Part shown: piece after piece, positions 36,301-45,850 of the stretch
Layout: each line of letters starts with the position of its first letter
Numbering within the stretch: position 1 is the stretch's first letter
DNA from: an uncultured Chloroflexia bacterium
Lineage (GTDB): Bacteria; Chloroflexota; Limnocylindria; Limnocylindrales; CSP1-4
NCBI GenBank assembly: GCA_963766675.1
Contig: CAVYBA010000002.1
Location: 2,170,806 to 2,234,805, forward strand
Length of the DNA stretch: 64,000 bases
Direction: 5' to 3'
Notes under the pieces: generated by a model
Told to the model about the DNA's origin: nothing
The model's database searches: none
What the model saw: only the letters and a program-made list of their open reading frames with translations
Made by a program: the position numbers and the translations under genes

Positions 36301-37307
36301 GGCTCCCTCTCCTGCTGTCTGCCGGTCACGATCGTGGTCGCGGACACGAACGGCGCGCCGGAGCCGGGCGCCGACAGGCGCCCGTCACGGACCGCGACCC
36401 GGACGGCGTCGGCGGCCACGGCGGCCTCCGCCTCGGAAGGATAGAGCGCCCACAGGGTCGGGCCAGAGCCGGACAGCCCGATCGGGCGACCCAGCAGGCG
36501 GCCGAGCCCTCGCCGGAAGGGGACGAGCTCGGGGATCAGCACGGTGGCGGCCTGGAAGAGGTCGTTGGCGACGGTCAGGACGCCCGCTCGGGCAACGAGG
36601 TCCGGCCCGCTCAGCCCGGACCGGAGCTCCTCGGCGAGGTGCGCGGACGACATCCGCGTGGAGCCGCTTCCCCGACCACCCAAGCCGTCGAACACGGCGA
36701 AGACCTCGGGCGTGGAGACCGGGACGGCGGGTGTCACGAGGAGGACGCCCGGACCTGCCTGGAGCCCGAGGAGCGGAGCGACGGTCTCGCCGCGTCCTTC
36801 GACGAGGGCCGGACATCCGGCCAGAAAGAACGGGACATCCGACCCGAGCCGCAGCGCGATCGCGTGCCGGGTGTCCGGGTCGAGTTCCGTGCCCCACGCC
36901 TCGAGCGAGCCGTCCAACGCCGCGGCGGCGTCCGACGACCCGCCGGCCAACCCGGCCGCCACCGGGATCCGCTTGTCGAGCCGCGCCGCCAGCGACGGAG
37001 CCTGCCCCGAGCCGCCCGGCCAGCCGCCACCGACCGCGAAGCGCGTCGCGCCGATCGCGCGGAGCACGAGGTTGTCCTCGATCCGGCCCGTCTCGAAGCC
37101 GGCGACCTGCAGCGTGTCCGGGCCGGCGGCGGCGGGGCTCAGGCTCAGCCGATCGGCGAGGGCCAACGGCACGAACACGGAGTGGAGGATGTGGAAGCCG
37201 TCCGGGCGACGGCCGATGACGGCCAGGGTGAGGTTGAGCTTGGCCGGCGCGACCCGAACGACGGGCGCCAGCCTGGGGATCGGATCCGGGGCGGCTGACC
37301 GGTTCAC
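36297..37307 (-). CDS. ispE: 4-(cytidine 5'-diphospho)-2-C-methyl-D-erythritol kinase
   Basis: ORF trimmed to the GTG at 37307, which overlaps the rsmA stop. APAKLNLTLAVIGRRPDGFH and GHMP motif PVAAGLAGGSSDAAA. Confidence 0.85.
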   Translation of the reverse strand: MNRSAAPDPIPRLAPVVRVAPAKLNLTLAVIGRRPDGFHILHSVFVPLALADRLSLSPAAAGPDTLQVAGFETGRIEDNLVLRAIGATRFAVGGGWPGGSGQAPSLAARLDKRIPVAAGLAGGSSDAAAALDGSLEAWGTELDPDTRHAIALRLGSDVPFFLAGCPALVEGRGETVAPLLGLQAGPGVLLVTPAVPVSTPEVFAVFDGLGGRGSGSTRMSSAHLAEELRSGLSGPDLVARAGVLTVANDLFQAATVLIPELVPFRRGLGRLLGRPIGLSGSGPTLWALYPSEAEAAVAADAVRVAVRDGRLSAPGSGAPFVSATTIVTGRQQEREP

Positions 37308-38203
37308 GGCTCGGGCTCCCCTCGCGCGCCCCGCCGATCCGGCCCGACTGGAACGAGCGCCTCGCGCAGCGCCAGCCATTCGCCGACGGCCAGGGTCTGG
37401 GGACGTCGATCGGGCTCGATCCGGGCGGCGGCCAGGGCCGCGGCGATGCGGTCGGCAGCGATGGGCAGCTGCCGCGACAGGACGTTGTGGATCATCTTGC
37501 GTCGCTCTCGGAAGCCCGCCTGGACCAACCGCCAGAGTTCGTCCTCGGATTCGGGATCGAGACGGTCGTCGGCGTCGTACGGCTCGACCACGATCACCGC
37601 CGATTCGACCGCGGGCTCGGGCTCGAACGCGGTCGGCGGCACGCGGAAGGCGATCCGGACCCAGGCGTGATACTGCACAAAGACCGACAGGTAGCTCATC
37701 TTGCCGACCGGAGCCGCCACCCGTTCGGCGACCTCGTGCTGGACCATGAGGACCAGCCGGTCGGGTCTCGGTGCGCGACCCAGGAGCGCGTGCAGGATCG
37801 GGCTGGTGATGTGGTACGGCAGGTTCGCGACGACGTCGAACGGCGGCTCGACGAGGTGCACGAGGTCCTGGTCGAGCGCGTCGCCCTCGATCAGCCGCAA
37901 CTCGCCGGCGGCGATCCTGGCCTCGAAGCGTTCGCCGAGGAAGGCCGCCAGGCCACGGTCGAGCTCGACGGCGGTAACCACCGCACCGGACGACAGGAGC
38001 CCGTCGGTCAGGAGCCCAAGGCCCGGTCCGATCTCGAGGATCCGGCGGCCGGGCCGCGGTTCCGCCTGGGCCAGGATCGCCTCGAGGACGTCCGGATCGG
38101 CCAGGAAGTTCTGCGAGAAGCGATGCTGCGCCCGCAGGCCCGCCGCTCGCAGGGTGGCACGGACCACGGCCGGGTCGACCCGTGTTGCGGCCGCCGCGCT
38201 CAC
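37304..38203 (-). CDS. rsmA: 16S rRNA (adenine1518-N6/adenine1519-N6)-dimethyltransferase
   Basis: ORF trimmed to the GTG at 38203, which overlaps the tsaD stop. HRFSQNFL, SAM motif ILEIGPGLGLLT, NLPYHITSP. Confidence 0.88.
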   Translation of the reverse strand: MSAAAATRVDPAVVRATLRAAGLRAQHRFSQNFLADPDVLEAILAQAEPRPGRRILEIGPGLGLLTDGLLSSGAVVTAVELDRGLAAFLGERFEARIAAGELRLIEGDALDQDLVHLVEPPFDVVANLPYHITSPILHALLGRAPRPDRLVLMVQHEVAERVAAPVGKMSYLSVFVQYHAWVRIAFRVPPTAFEPEPAVESAVIVVEPYDADDRLDPESEDELWRLVQAGFRERRKMIHNVLSRQLPIAADRIAAALAAARIEPDRRPQTLAVGEWLALREALVPVGPDRRGARGEPEP

Positions 38204-39276
38204 CGGGCGGCCAGGGGAAGCGACGGCCGGGCATCCAGCTCGAGCCCGGACCGCTGCCCGGCGGCATGCCGCCGCGCGCCGGCCGCGCCGATCATCGCCC
38301 CGTTGTCGGTGCACAGGGCCGGACGCGGAACCACCAGCGGGATGCCCATGGCCTCGGCCTCGCCGGCCAACCGAGCCCGGAGCGCGCCGTTCGCCGCCAC
38401 GCCTCCGCCGAGGACGATGGATCGTGCACCGGCTGCCCTGGCCGCGCGGATCGTCTTGGTTGCCAGGACGTCCACCACGGCATCCTGGAAGCCCCAGGCC
38501 AGCTCGGCGACCGTCGAGCCGGCCAGCGGCACCTCCGTATCGGCAGGCAGACCCTCGTCGGCGCGAGCCTCGGTTACGATCCTGCGTGCGGCGGTCTTGA
38601 GCCCGGAGAAGCTGAAGTCGAACGTGTCACCGAGCCAGGCCCGCGGGAAGGTGCGGTCGCGGCCGGTCGCGGCCTCGGCGGCACGGCCGATCGCCGGACC
38701 GCCCGGGTAGCCGAGCCCCAGCAGCCGCCCGACCTTGTCGAACGCCTCGCCGGCCGCATCGTCGACGGTCGAGCCGAGCAGGCGGTACGTCAGGTGATCG
38801 CGCATCTCGACGAGGAAGGTATGCCCGCCGGACACCACCAGCGCCACGAGCGGGAAGATCGGATCCTCACGGTCGTCGTCGGCCGCGTCGTGGAGCCAGG
38901 CCGCGTAGACGTGGCCCTCGAGATGGTTGACGCCGATGAGCGGCAGGTCGTGGACCCAGGCGATCGCCTTGGCGAAGTTGATCCCGACCAGCAGTGACCC
39001 GGCGAGGCCCGGTCCGTAGGTCACCGCCACGGCACCGATGTCCGGCCAGGTGACGCCGGCGTCGGCCCAGGCCTCGTCGAGGACGGGCACGATCCAGCGC
39101 AGATGGGCGCGCGCGGCAACCTCGGGCACGATCCCGCCCGACGGCGCATGGAGCGCGACCTGCGAGGCGACGACGTTGGATCGGATGAGCCGGCCGTCCT
39201 CGATGACTGCGATCCCGGTCTCGTCGCACGACGACTCGATCGACAGGACGAGCGGCTTCGGCGCGGCGCCGGTCAC
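38200..39276 (-). CDS. tsaD: tRNA N6-adenosine threonylcarbamoyltransferase
   Basis: ORF trimmed to the GTG at 39276. LSIESSCDETGIAV and HLEGH motifs. Confidence 0.92.
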   Translation of the reverse strand: MTGAAPKPLVLSIESSCDETGIAVIEDGRLIRSNVVASQVALHAPSGGIVPEVAARAHLRWIVPVLDEAWADAGVTWPDIGAVAVTYGPGLAGSLLVGINFAKAIAWVHDLPLIGVNHLEGHVYAAWLHDAADDDREDPIFPLVALVVSGGHTFLVEMRDHLTYRLLGSTVDDAAGEAFDKVGRLLGLGYPGGPAIGRAAEAATGRDRTFPRAWLGDTFDFSFSGLKTAARRIVTEARADEGLPADTEVPLAGSTVAELAWGFQDAVVDVLATKTIRAARAAGARSIVLGGGVAANGALRARLAGEAEAMGIPLVVPRPALCTDNGAMIGAAGARRHAAGQRSGLELDARPSLPLAAR

Positions 39277-39286
39277 TGCGGCGCCC

Positions 39287-39841
39287 TCACGTCGCGTCCA
39301 CTCGCGGATCGACGGGCGCCGGCGACGCGTCCACGGCACCGCGCAGTCGGGCGATCCGTTCGCGCATCGCCGGATCCCGCAGCTGGTCCGTGGTCATGAT
39401 CAGGGCGTCCTCGCCATTGTCGCTGTAGTAGTGTGGCCGGAGCCCGACCGGCCGGAAGCCGAACTTCTCGTACAGCCGGCGGGCGGCGAGGTTCGACAGT
39501 CGGACCTCGAGTGTCGCCTCGTGCGCGCCCGCGTCGAGCGCGAGGTCGAGCAACGCCAGCAGCAGCCGCTCGCCGATCCGCTGGCGGCGCCAGATCGGGT
39601 GCACGGCGAACGTGATGATGTGCGCCTCGTCGACCATCAGCCACATCCCGGCGTAGGCCACGATCGCATCCGCGGCATGGACCACCAGGTACTGCGCGAG
39701 CCGGTTGGTCTCGAGCTCCGATCGATAGGCATCGGCCGGCCAGGGCGAATCGAAGCTCGCCCGTTCGATATCGTGGACCGCGGGCAGGTCGTCGACCCGC
39801 ATCGGGGCGATGCGCAGCTTCAGCGGCGGTCGTGCGACCAT
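39287..39841 (-). CDS. rimI: ribosomal-protein-alanine N-acetyltransferase (GNAT)
   Basis: ORF trimmed to the ATG at 39841. GNAT motif A RRQRIGERLL. Located between tsaB and tsaD. Confidence 0.85.
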   Translation of the reverse strand: MVARPPLKLRIAPMRVDDLPAVHDIERASFDSPWPADAYRSELETNRLAQYLVVHAADAIVAYAGMWLMVDEAHIITFAVHPIWRRQRIGERLLLALLDLALDAGAHEATLEVRLSNLAARRLYEKFGFRPVGLRPHYYSDNGEDALIMTTDQLRDPAMRERIARLRGAVDASPAPVDPRVDAT

Positions 39842-40530
39842 GCCACCTCCCCACGCTGGTCGGCCACGCCGCGCGGCAGCGTGACGTACTCCGGCACGAG
39901 ACCCGCCAGGTCGTCGCCGGTCTCGCCACGCAACCGATCCGCACCCATCCGGATCAGTGCCGGTCCGAGCTCGCGGCGGGCGGCATCGCCGCGAGCGACC
40001 GCGTCGGCCGGGGCCCGGCCCTCGAGATCGACCGCGATCAGCCACTCCCCGGGCGCCAGCTCCGGATCCGTGGCACCCGGCAGCAGCCGTGACCCCTGCC
40101 CGTGCCGCGTCATGACCCGATCGTAGGGACCGGCCGGGAGGAGGAGGACCGGCTGCCCCCCCGGTGGGCGATCTGCCCCGCCCGCGGCGCGTGCGACCGC
40201 CGCTCCGAGGAGTGCCTCGGCCGTCGACACACCCGCGATCGGCAGCCCGAGCCCGTGGGCGAGACCCTTGGCGGTCGCGATCCCCACCCGCAGGCCAGTG
40301 AAGGCCCCGGGGCCCGTCCCGACCACGATCCCGACCAGCCGCGACCGGCGCAGGTTCTGCTCGCCGAGGAACCGGGCGATCGACGGCAGCAGCGTCTCGC
40401 CGTGACGGTAGCCGGCGGCCCACGTGCTGAGCCCGTCGATCTCGCCGTCGATCGAGCCGCTGGCGATGACCACCTGGGTCGTCGCGGTGTCGATGGCGAG
40501 GATCGCCCGGCGGCGGCCGTCGTGGCTCAC
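39820..40530 (-). CDS. tsaB: tRNA threonylcarbamoyladenosine biosynthesis protein TsaB
   Basis: ORF trimmed to the GTG at 40530, which overlaps the tsaE stop. ILAIDTATTQVVIA, GPGAFTGLRVGIATAKG. Confidence 0.85.
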   Translation of the reverse strand: MSHDGRRRAILAIDTATTQVVIASGSIDGEIDGLSTWAAGYRHGETLLPSIARFLGEQNLRRSRLVGIVVGTGPGAFTGLRVGIATAKGLAHGLGLPIAGVSTAEALLGAAVARAAGGADRPPGGQPVLLLPAGPYDRVMTRHGQGSRLLPGATDPELAPGEWLIAVDLEGRAPADAVARGDAARRELGPALIRMGADRLRGETGDDLAGLVPEYVTLPRGVADQRGEVAWSHDRR

Positions 40531-41000
40531 GCGATCGCCGCCAGGTAGCGGTTGAGCGCCGGGGAACCGGCGCGCACGGTGATCGACCGAGGCTCGTCGC
40601 CGGCGCCGTCGATGGCCACGTCGAGCCGTTCCAGCGGGAGGGCGTCGGCGAGGCGGTCGGGCCACTCCACGAGCGTGACGCCGAGCGTCTGCCGGTCGTC
40701 GATCAGCCCACCGCCCAGCGCGTCCGCGGCGTTCGACAGCCGGAAGAGGTCGAGGTGGAAGAGCGGCAGCCGTCCGGCGTACTCGGCCATCAGGACGAAG
40801 CTCGGCGAGACGATCGTGTCGGTCACGCCGAGGCCGGCGCCGAACGCCTTGGCCAAGTGGGTCTTGCCCGCGCCGAGCTCGCCCCACAGGCACACGAGAT
40901 CACCGGGCCGTGCGGCCGTCGCCAGCCGGCGGCCGAACGCCGATGTCGCGTCGGGGTCCGGGCAGACGAGGTGCCGTTCGAGCGGGGTCAGGGCGGCCAT
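40527..41000 (-). CDS. tsaE: tRNA threonylcarbamoyladenosine biosynthesis ATPase TsaE
   Basis: 157 aa. P-loop GELGAGKTHLAK, SPSFVLMAEY. Confidence 0.88.
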   Translation of the reverse strand: MAALTPLERHLVCPDPDATSAFGRRLATAARPGDLVCLWGELGAGKTHLAKAFGAGLGVTDTIVSPSFVLMAEYAGRLPLFHLDLFRLSNAADALGGGLIDDRQTLGVTLVEWPDRLADALPLERLDVAIDGAGDEPRSITVRAGSPALNRYLAAIA

Positions 41001-41107
41001 GTCTCCCGAGCGTAGCCGAAGGAGAGCCGGTTCGTCGGTCCGGCATCGTTTCGCGGTCGCTGCCCGAGAGCCGGCCGTGCCGGCGGCGCGCGGCGACCTT
41101 CCGGGAT

Positions 41108-42100
41108 TCAGACGAACCGTTCCAGGTCGCCGAGCGGGACGGCCGCCACGGATCCGTCCGCGAACCGCACCAGTCCCGCCTCCAGCTGCACGCCACCGGC
41201 GAACCGGCGCTGCCCGATCGCTTCGACAAAGCGGCCCTCCCGGCCGGCCAGTGACCCGCCGCGGACGCGGACGAGGTCGGCCGGCGGCGCCGGGACCTGG
41301 AGGTTCGGCACGTCGAAGACGAGCATCGGCGGGTCCGCCACGATCGCCACCTCATGCCCGACGAGGCTGGTCAGGACCGTCAGGATGCCGCCGGCCAGCG
41401 GACGGCGGACCGCGCCTTCGAGGACCAGCACGGCGAACGGCGGCAGGCGATGCAGCGCGGACCGCTGACGGGCCTCCGAGGCGAGGTAGTCGCGGCGCTC
41501 CTTGCTCGACAGGCCGGTCACGATCACGCCGCGGACGCCCATCGCCCGGGCGCGGGTCAGGGTCTCGGCATCGACCCGCGAGCCGACGACGAGGATCGAC
41601 CCGGCGCTGCCGATATCGAGCGACCCCGCCCGGAGTTCGCCGTCCGGGGTGGCCTGGAGACGTCCGCGGGTGGGTCCGCCCAGGACCACGATGCCTCGGA
41701 TGCCGCGACCGGCAGCGCGGACCGTGATCGCGGTGCCGGGCCGGACGTCGCGGACGATCCCCGCGAACGGCACCTCCAGCGAGTCGGCCAGCTCGCCGGT
41801 GGCGACCCGCCATCGCCCACGCCAGCCGAAGACGTACTCACCTCCGGCGGCCTGGCCGTCACGAGCACCCGAGGCCCCGGTCCAGCGACGCCCGGGTCGC
41901 GGCGTGGCGGTCGCCGGCACGGTCAGTTCGTCGAGCCTCGGATCGCGCAGTCGCTGGGCGATCGGCGCCCCGACGACGACCGAATCGCCCGTCGCGACCA
42001 CCGGTCGATCGCCGGGCGCCAGCCGGAACACGACGTCGACGGGTGCGCTGACCAACGCCCGCGCCGGAACCAGGCGCAGGTCGAGGCCCGGGCCGCTCAT
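41108..42100 (-). CDS. hypothetical protein (330 aa)
   Basis: ATG at 42100 overlaps the upstream stop (ATGA). Normal amino-acid composition, no diagnostic motif. N-terminal GLDLRLVP...ATGDSVVVGAPIAQ is vaguely barrel-sandwich/NqrA-N-like. Confidence 0.5.
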   Translation of the reverse strand: MSGPGLDLRLVPARALVSAPVDVVFRLAPGDRPVVATGDSVVVGAPIAQRLRDPRLDELTVPATATPRPGRRWTGASGARDGQAAGGEYVFGWRGRWRVATGELADSLEVPFAGIVRDVRPGTAITVRAAGRGIRGIVVLGGPTRGRLQATPDGELRAGSLDIGSAGSILVVGSRVDAETLTRARAMGVRGVIVTGLSSKERRDYLASEARQRSALHRLPPFAVLVLEGAVRRPLAGGILTVLTSLVGHEVAIVADPPMLVFDVPNLQVPAPPADLVRVRGGSLAGREGRFVEAIGQRRFAGGVQLEAGLVRFADGSVAAVPLGDLERFV

Positions 42101-43701
42101 GGCTCGCCTGACGACCACACGGCGGCCTGCCAGCCCTCGAGGAGCTCGCCTCGCAGGTCCGCACGGTCCGGCAACTGGAGCGGGACATCGCGCAGGTCGA
42201 CCAGCAGGCCGCCGAGACCCCCGGTCACCTCGACTGCGAAGCGCCGTCCCCGACCGCCGAGGCGGACGGTGTCATGGAACTGGAGCTCGGCGGTCGCCGA
42301 TGCCCCGGCCGGCAGGTCCAGCATGGACAGGCTGCCCGGTCGCAGGTCGAGGTCGCGCGTGCCAAGCTGACCGTGCAGGTGGAGCGCCCCGACGCTCCGT
42401 CCGCCTCGCAGCCCGGCCGGAGTCACCACGGTCCCCAACGGGGCGAGCAGGTCGTCGACGAGGTCGGTGATGACCGCCCGGCGCTCGGTGGCATCGGCGA
42501 TCGAGCCGATCGGCGCGAGGATTCGGGCGTGATCGAGCGCATATTGGCTCGCTCCCGACCGGCGGAGCACGTCGGCGAGCGCCAGGACCACCGACGGCCC
42601 CGAGGCGATCGACCACACGCCGCCGCTGGCGACGACAAGGTCGGCCGCCGGCCGGGCGTACCAGTCCGGCGTGGCCTCGGCAAGGCAGCCGAGCGCCGAC
42701 CGGGCGGCCGCCAGCCGCAGGTCGACGCCGTCGCCCGCGACGTCGCCCCACGGGGCGATGCGCAGCTCGCGGAGTCGGTCGCGGAGGCGGTGTCGATCGC
42801 CCGCGCCGCTCGACCAGGTCGCGACCCGATCGACCACGCCGTCGTCGGGGTCGGACGGCGCCAGCCCGGCGGCCGGGACGACCGCCAGGTCGGCGGCAGC
42901 CAGGCCGTTCCCGACGGCCGGCCAGGCGGCCACCCGGGTGCCGCCGTCGAACCCGACCTCGACGACGTCGATCCGGCGATCGAGGACCTCGGCGAGGGTC
43001 AGTGCCGCGGATCCGAGGGCACGACGCGAATCGTCCGTCGCCAGGGCCAGGTCGAGCAGGAGCTCGCGCAGCTCGGCGCCGGGCTGGCCGGTCGCGGCGG
43101 CTGCGGCGGTCACCACCGGCCCGGGACGGGCCGCGACGTCACCGAAGGCCGCCAGCTGGTCCGCCATGCCGCCGGCGAGGACCACGGTCAGCTCGGGTCG
43201 CCGTTCGGCCGCTGCGCCGAGCAGCGCACCCAGTTCCCCGAGCGCGCGGCGCTCGTCGGCGCCCGGGGGATCGCCGGCCCCGGCGAGGATCCCGTCGACC
43301 GAGGCATCGAGCAGCATCGTCGACATGGCCAGCGGATCGGTCGTCTCGGGGCTCGCCGAGACCGTTCGCCAGCCGCTCCTCGACGCCGCCGCGACGAGCG
43401 GTCCGAGGGCGCGTTCCGAGCCTGCCACGACCGCCAGGCGGCGGGCCGGCTGGCTGGCGACGTCGACGCGGGGCAGGTCCGCCGGCACCGCACCCGCCAG
43501 GCCGAGCGCCGCGGCCAGCTCCGGATCCGCCGATCGAACGCGTTCGATCAGGATTGCGGCGACCGCATCGGGATCGGCTCCGATCGGCAGCGCCAGCGAG
43601 CCGATCAACCGCCAGCGGCCAGCCACTCGACCGACGAGCCCGGCGGCAATCGTCGCCGCCCCCGCGTCCTGGGTCAGAAACGCCCGCGGTTCAGTGGTCA
43701 C
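42097..43701 (-). CDS. hypothetical protein (534 aa), possible degenerate ASKHA/GlmL-MutL-like ATPase fold
   Basis: Blocks spaced like ASKHA phosphate-1/phosphate-2/adenosine motifs: LTQDAGAATIA, VVEVGFDGGTRV and LVVASGGVWS. This is weak, motif-level evidence only. Confidence 0.5.
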   Translation of the reverse strand: MTTEPRAFLTQDAGAATIAAGLVGRVAGRWRLIGSLALPIGADPDAVAAILIERVRSADPELAAALGLAGAVPADLPRVDVASQPARRLAVVAGSERALGPLVAAASRSGWRTVSASPETTDPLAMSTMLLDASVDGILAGAGDPPGADERRALGELGALLGAAAERRPELTVVLAGGMADQLAAFGDVAARPGPVVTAAAAATGQPGAELRELLLDLALATDDSRRALGSAALTLAEVLDRRIDVVEVGFDGGTRVAAWPAVGNGLAAADLAVVPAAGLAPSDPDDGVVDRVATWSSGAGDRHRLRDRLRELRIAPWGDVAGDGVDLRLAAARSALGCLAEATPDWYARPAADLVVASGGVWSIASGPSVVLALADVLRRSGASQYALDHARILAPIGSIADATERRAVITDLVDDLLAPLGTVVTPAGLRGGRSVGALHLHGQLGTRDLDLRPGSLSMLDLPAGASATAELQFHDTVRLGGRGRRFAVEVTGGLGGLLVDLRDVPLQLPDRADLRGELLEGWQAAVWSSGEP

Positions 43702-43759
43702 GTGGCCATGCTACGCGTCACCGGCCCCGCTCACCCGAGAGGGAAATCGCGGCGAGCGC

Positions 43760-44053
43760 CTATGCGTCCCAGGTGGGTTCGTCCTCGTCGGATTCCTCGA
43801 GCCGGGCGATCAACAGCTCGATCCCGGTGTCGTCGGCGAGGATCTCGCTCGCGGACGCGAGCTCGCCACCGAACACGCCGCGGAGCACCGGATCGAAGAA
43901 CAGCATGGCGTTCGCGCCGAGGGCCCGATACGGGCGGCTGGCCTCGAGGAAGTGGACCGCCGGACCGGCCATGCCGAGGAGCTCGATCTCGCGCGCTACC
44001 TGCTCTACCAGCTCGTCGCGCTGCTCCTCCGACGGGCCGACCGCGCCGTTCAC
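43760..44053 (-). CDS. hypothetical small acidic protein (97 aa)
   Basis: GTG at 44053 overlaps the macro-domain gene stop (GTGA). High G/C at third codon positions. No known motif. Confidence 0.45.
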   Translation of the reverse strand: MNGAVGPSEEQRDELVEQVAREIELLGMAGPAVHFLEASRPYRALGANAMLFFDPVLRGVFGGELASASEILADDTGIELLIARLEESDEDEPTWDA

Positions 44054-44586
44054 GTCGCAGTCCTGCCGTGCACGGCGATCGCCGGGACGTCGGCAAGCGC
44101 CTCGGCGAAGGCGGCGTACGCGGCTGCGCCCCGCAGGGCGAAGACCACGTGGACGATCGAAGGGCTCGCGGGCAGCTCGTCACGGACGGTCGCCACGGTC
44201 ACCCGGGCGCCTTCCTCGAGCGGGAACCCGCCGACCCCCGAGCCGAGTGCCGGAAAGGCGATGCTCGTCACGTTCATTTCACGGGCCCGCGCCATGGCGC
44301 TCCGAACCGCCGATTCGATCGTCGCGGCGCTCGTCCGCCGGTCGCGGTCGAGCGAGACCGCGTGGATCACCATCCGGGCGGCGAGCGTACCGGCCGGGGT
44401 CACGACCGCACCGCCCAGCGGCGCCGGTCCCTGGCGGACGGCCGCGAACTCGATCGCATCGCCGCCGGCGCGCTTCAATGCGCCGCCGACGCCGGTCGCC
44501 ATCCACAGGGTGGTATTGGCGGCGTTGACGATCGCGTCGACTTCGAGGTCGCAGATATCGCCGTTCCAGAGTTCGATTTGCGCCAC
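44050..44586 (-). CDS. macro domain protein (ADP-ribose / O-acetyl-ADP-ribose binding or hydrolysing)
   Basis: 178 aa. GDICDLEVDAIVNAANTTL and ATGVGGALKRAGG motifs. GTG start shares 1 nt with the alr TAG stop. Confidence 0.85.
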   Translation of the reverse strand: MAQIELWNGDICDLEVDAIVNAANTTLWMATGVGGALKRAGGDAIEFAAVRQGPAPLGGAVVTPAGTLAARMVIHAVSLDRDRRTSAATIESAVRSAMARAREMNVTSIAFPALGSGVGGFPLEEGARVTVATVRDELPASPSIVHVVFALRGAAAYAAFAEALADVPAIAVHGRTAT

Positions 44587-45812
44587 TAGCCACTCCGCTC
44601 CGTGAGCGTCCGCAGACCGACCGGTCCGGCCGAGGCATGGTACACCCGAGGTACCCGCCGAGCCATGCCGCTGACGACCTCCCAGCTGTTGGTGTTGCGC
44701 TCCTGCGCCAGCTCGGCGACGGTGATCCGCTCATCGCCGCTGCCGCCGACCAGCACGAATTCGTCGGCCACGCCGACCGGCGGCCCGGGCACGTCGGTCA
44801 CGTCGGCCATGACCGCATCCATCGCGACGTTGCCGACCAGCGGGACCCGGCGGCCGCGGACGATGGCCGACGCCCGGTTCGACAGCTGCCGCGACCAGCC
44901 GTCGCCATAACCGAGGGGCAGGGTCGCGATCCGGCTCGGGCGGCTCGTCCGGAAGGTCGGGCCGTAGCTGATTCCCCAGCCCGCCGGCAGATCCGCGACA
45001 CGGACCGGGCGCGCGACGAGCGACATGACCGGCCGGAGGCTGCCCGGGATCACGCTCGAGATCCCGGCTTCGCGCAGCTCGTCCGGCTCGAGCCCATAGA
45101 GGGCGAGCCCGGGCCGGACACCGCCATACGCCGCGACGCCGTCGACGAGCAGCGCAGCGCTGGCGGCGACGTGTCGGGGTGGCAGCTCGATGCCGGCGGC
45201 GACGATCGCGTCGACGACGGCCTCGAACCGATCGACCTGGAGCCCCGTCCCAGCCGAGTCCTCGACCGCCTGGAGGTGGGTCCACAGCCCGCCCAGCCGG
45301 CAGCCGGGCGCCATGGCGATCCGGCCCGCGGCCTCGACCGCGGCGGCACCCGCGAAGCCGCCGCGACCCAGCCCGGTCTCCACCTCGAGCTCGAGCTGGA
45401 GCGTCCGGCCTTGGGCGAGGGTCGCCGCGGTGGACAGCAGCTCGTCGAGCAGGACCGGATCGCCGGCCGTGACCGAGATCCGACGCTGCGCTGCATCGGG
45501 GACAAAGACCGCCGGGATCGGGTAGAGCACGAGGATGGGCGCCTCCACGCCTCCCGCCCGAAGCTCCAGCGCCTCATCCATCGTGGCGACGCAGAATCCG
45601 TCTGCCCCCGCCGATTCGAGCGCTCGAGCCACGGGCCCGGCGCCATGGCCGTAGGCATCGGCCTTGACCACGGGACGGACCGGGACGCCCGGACCGGCCA
45701 GCCGTCCGAGCAGCCGGAGATTGGCGACGAGCGCGTCGAGGTCGATCTCGAGCCAAGCCGTTCGCGGCAGCGGCGGCAACCCGGCGGCGGCGAGCCGGGC
45801 CTCGATCGACAC
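44586..45812 (-). CDS. alr: alanine racemase
   Basis: 408 aa. PLP-lysine motif VKADAYGHG. C-terminal beta domain. Confidence 0.9.
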   Translation of the reverse strand: MSIEARLAAAGLPPLPRTAWLEIDLDALVANLRLLGRLAGPGVPVRPVVKADAYGHGAGPVARALESAGADGFCVATMDEALELRAGGVEAPILVLYPIPAVFVPDAAQRRISVTAGDPVLLDELLSTAATLAQGRTLQLELEVETGLGRGGFAGAAAVEAAGRIAMAPGCRLGGLWTHLQAVEDSAGTGLQVDRFEAVVDAIVAAGIELPPRHVAASAALLVDGVAAYGGVRPGLALYGLEPDELREAGISSVIPGSLRPVMSLVARPVRVADLPAGWGISYGPTFRTSRPSRIATLPLGYGDGWSRQLSNRASAIVRGRRVPLVGNVAMDAVMADVTDVPGPPVGVADEFVLVGGSGDERITVAELAQERNTNSWEVVSGMARRVPRVYHASAGPVGLRTLTERSG

Positions 45813-45850
45813 CCTCGCCGCGCCAGGGACCGCCGGCGTCAGCTCGGAGT

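Noticed and set aside
42274-44605. 771-aa and 644-aa plus-strand ORFs opposite the unknown 534-aa gene and the macro-domain gene
   Set aside because: Their composition is Arg/Pro/Ser-rich with no motifs. The minus-strand ORFs have balanced composition and G/C-rich third positions, and they are chained by ATGA/GTGA overlaps to known genes.
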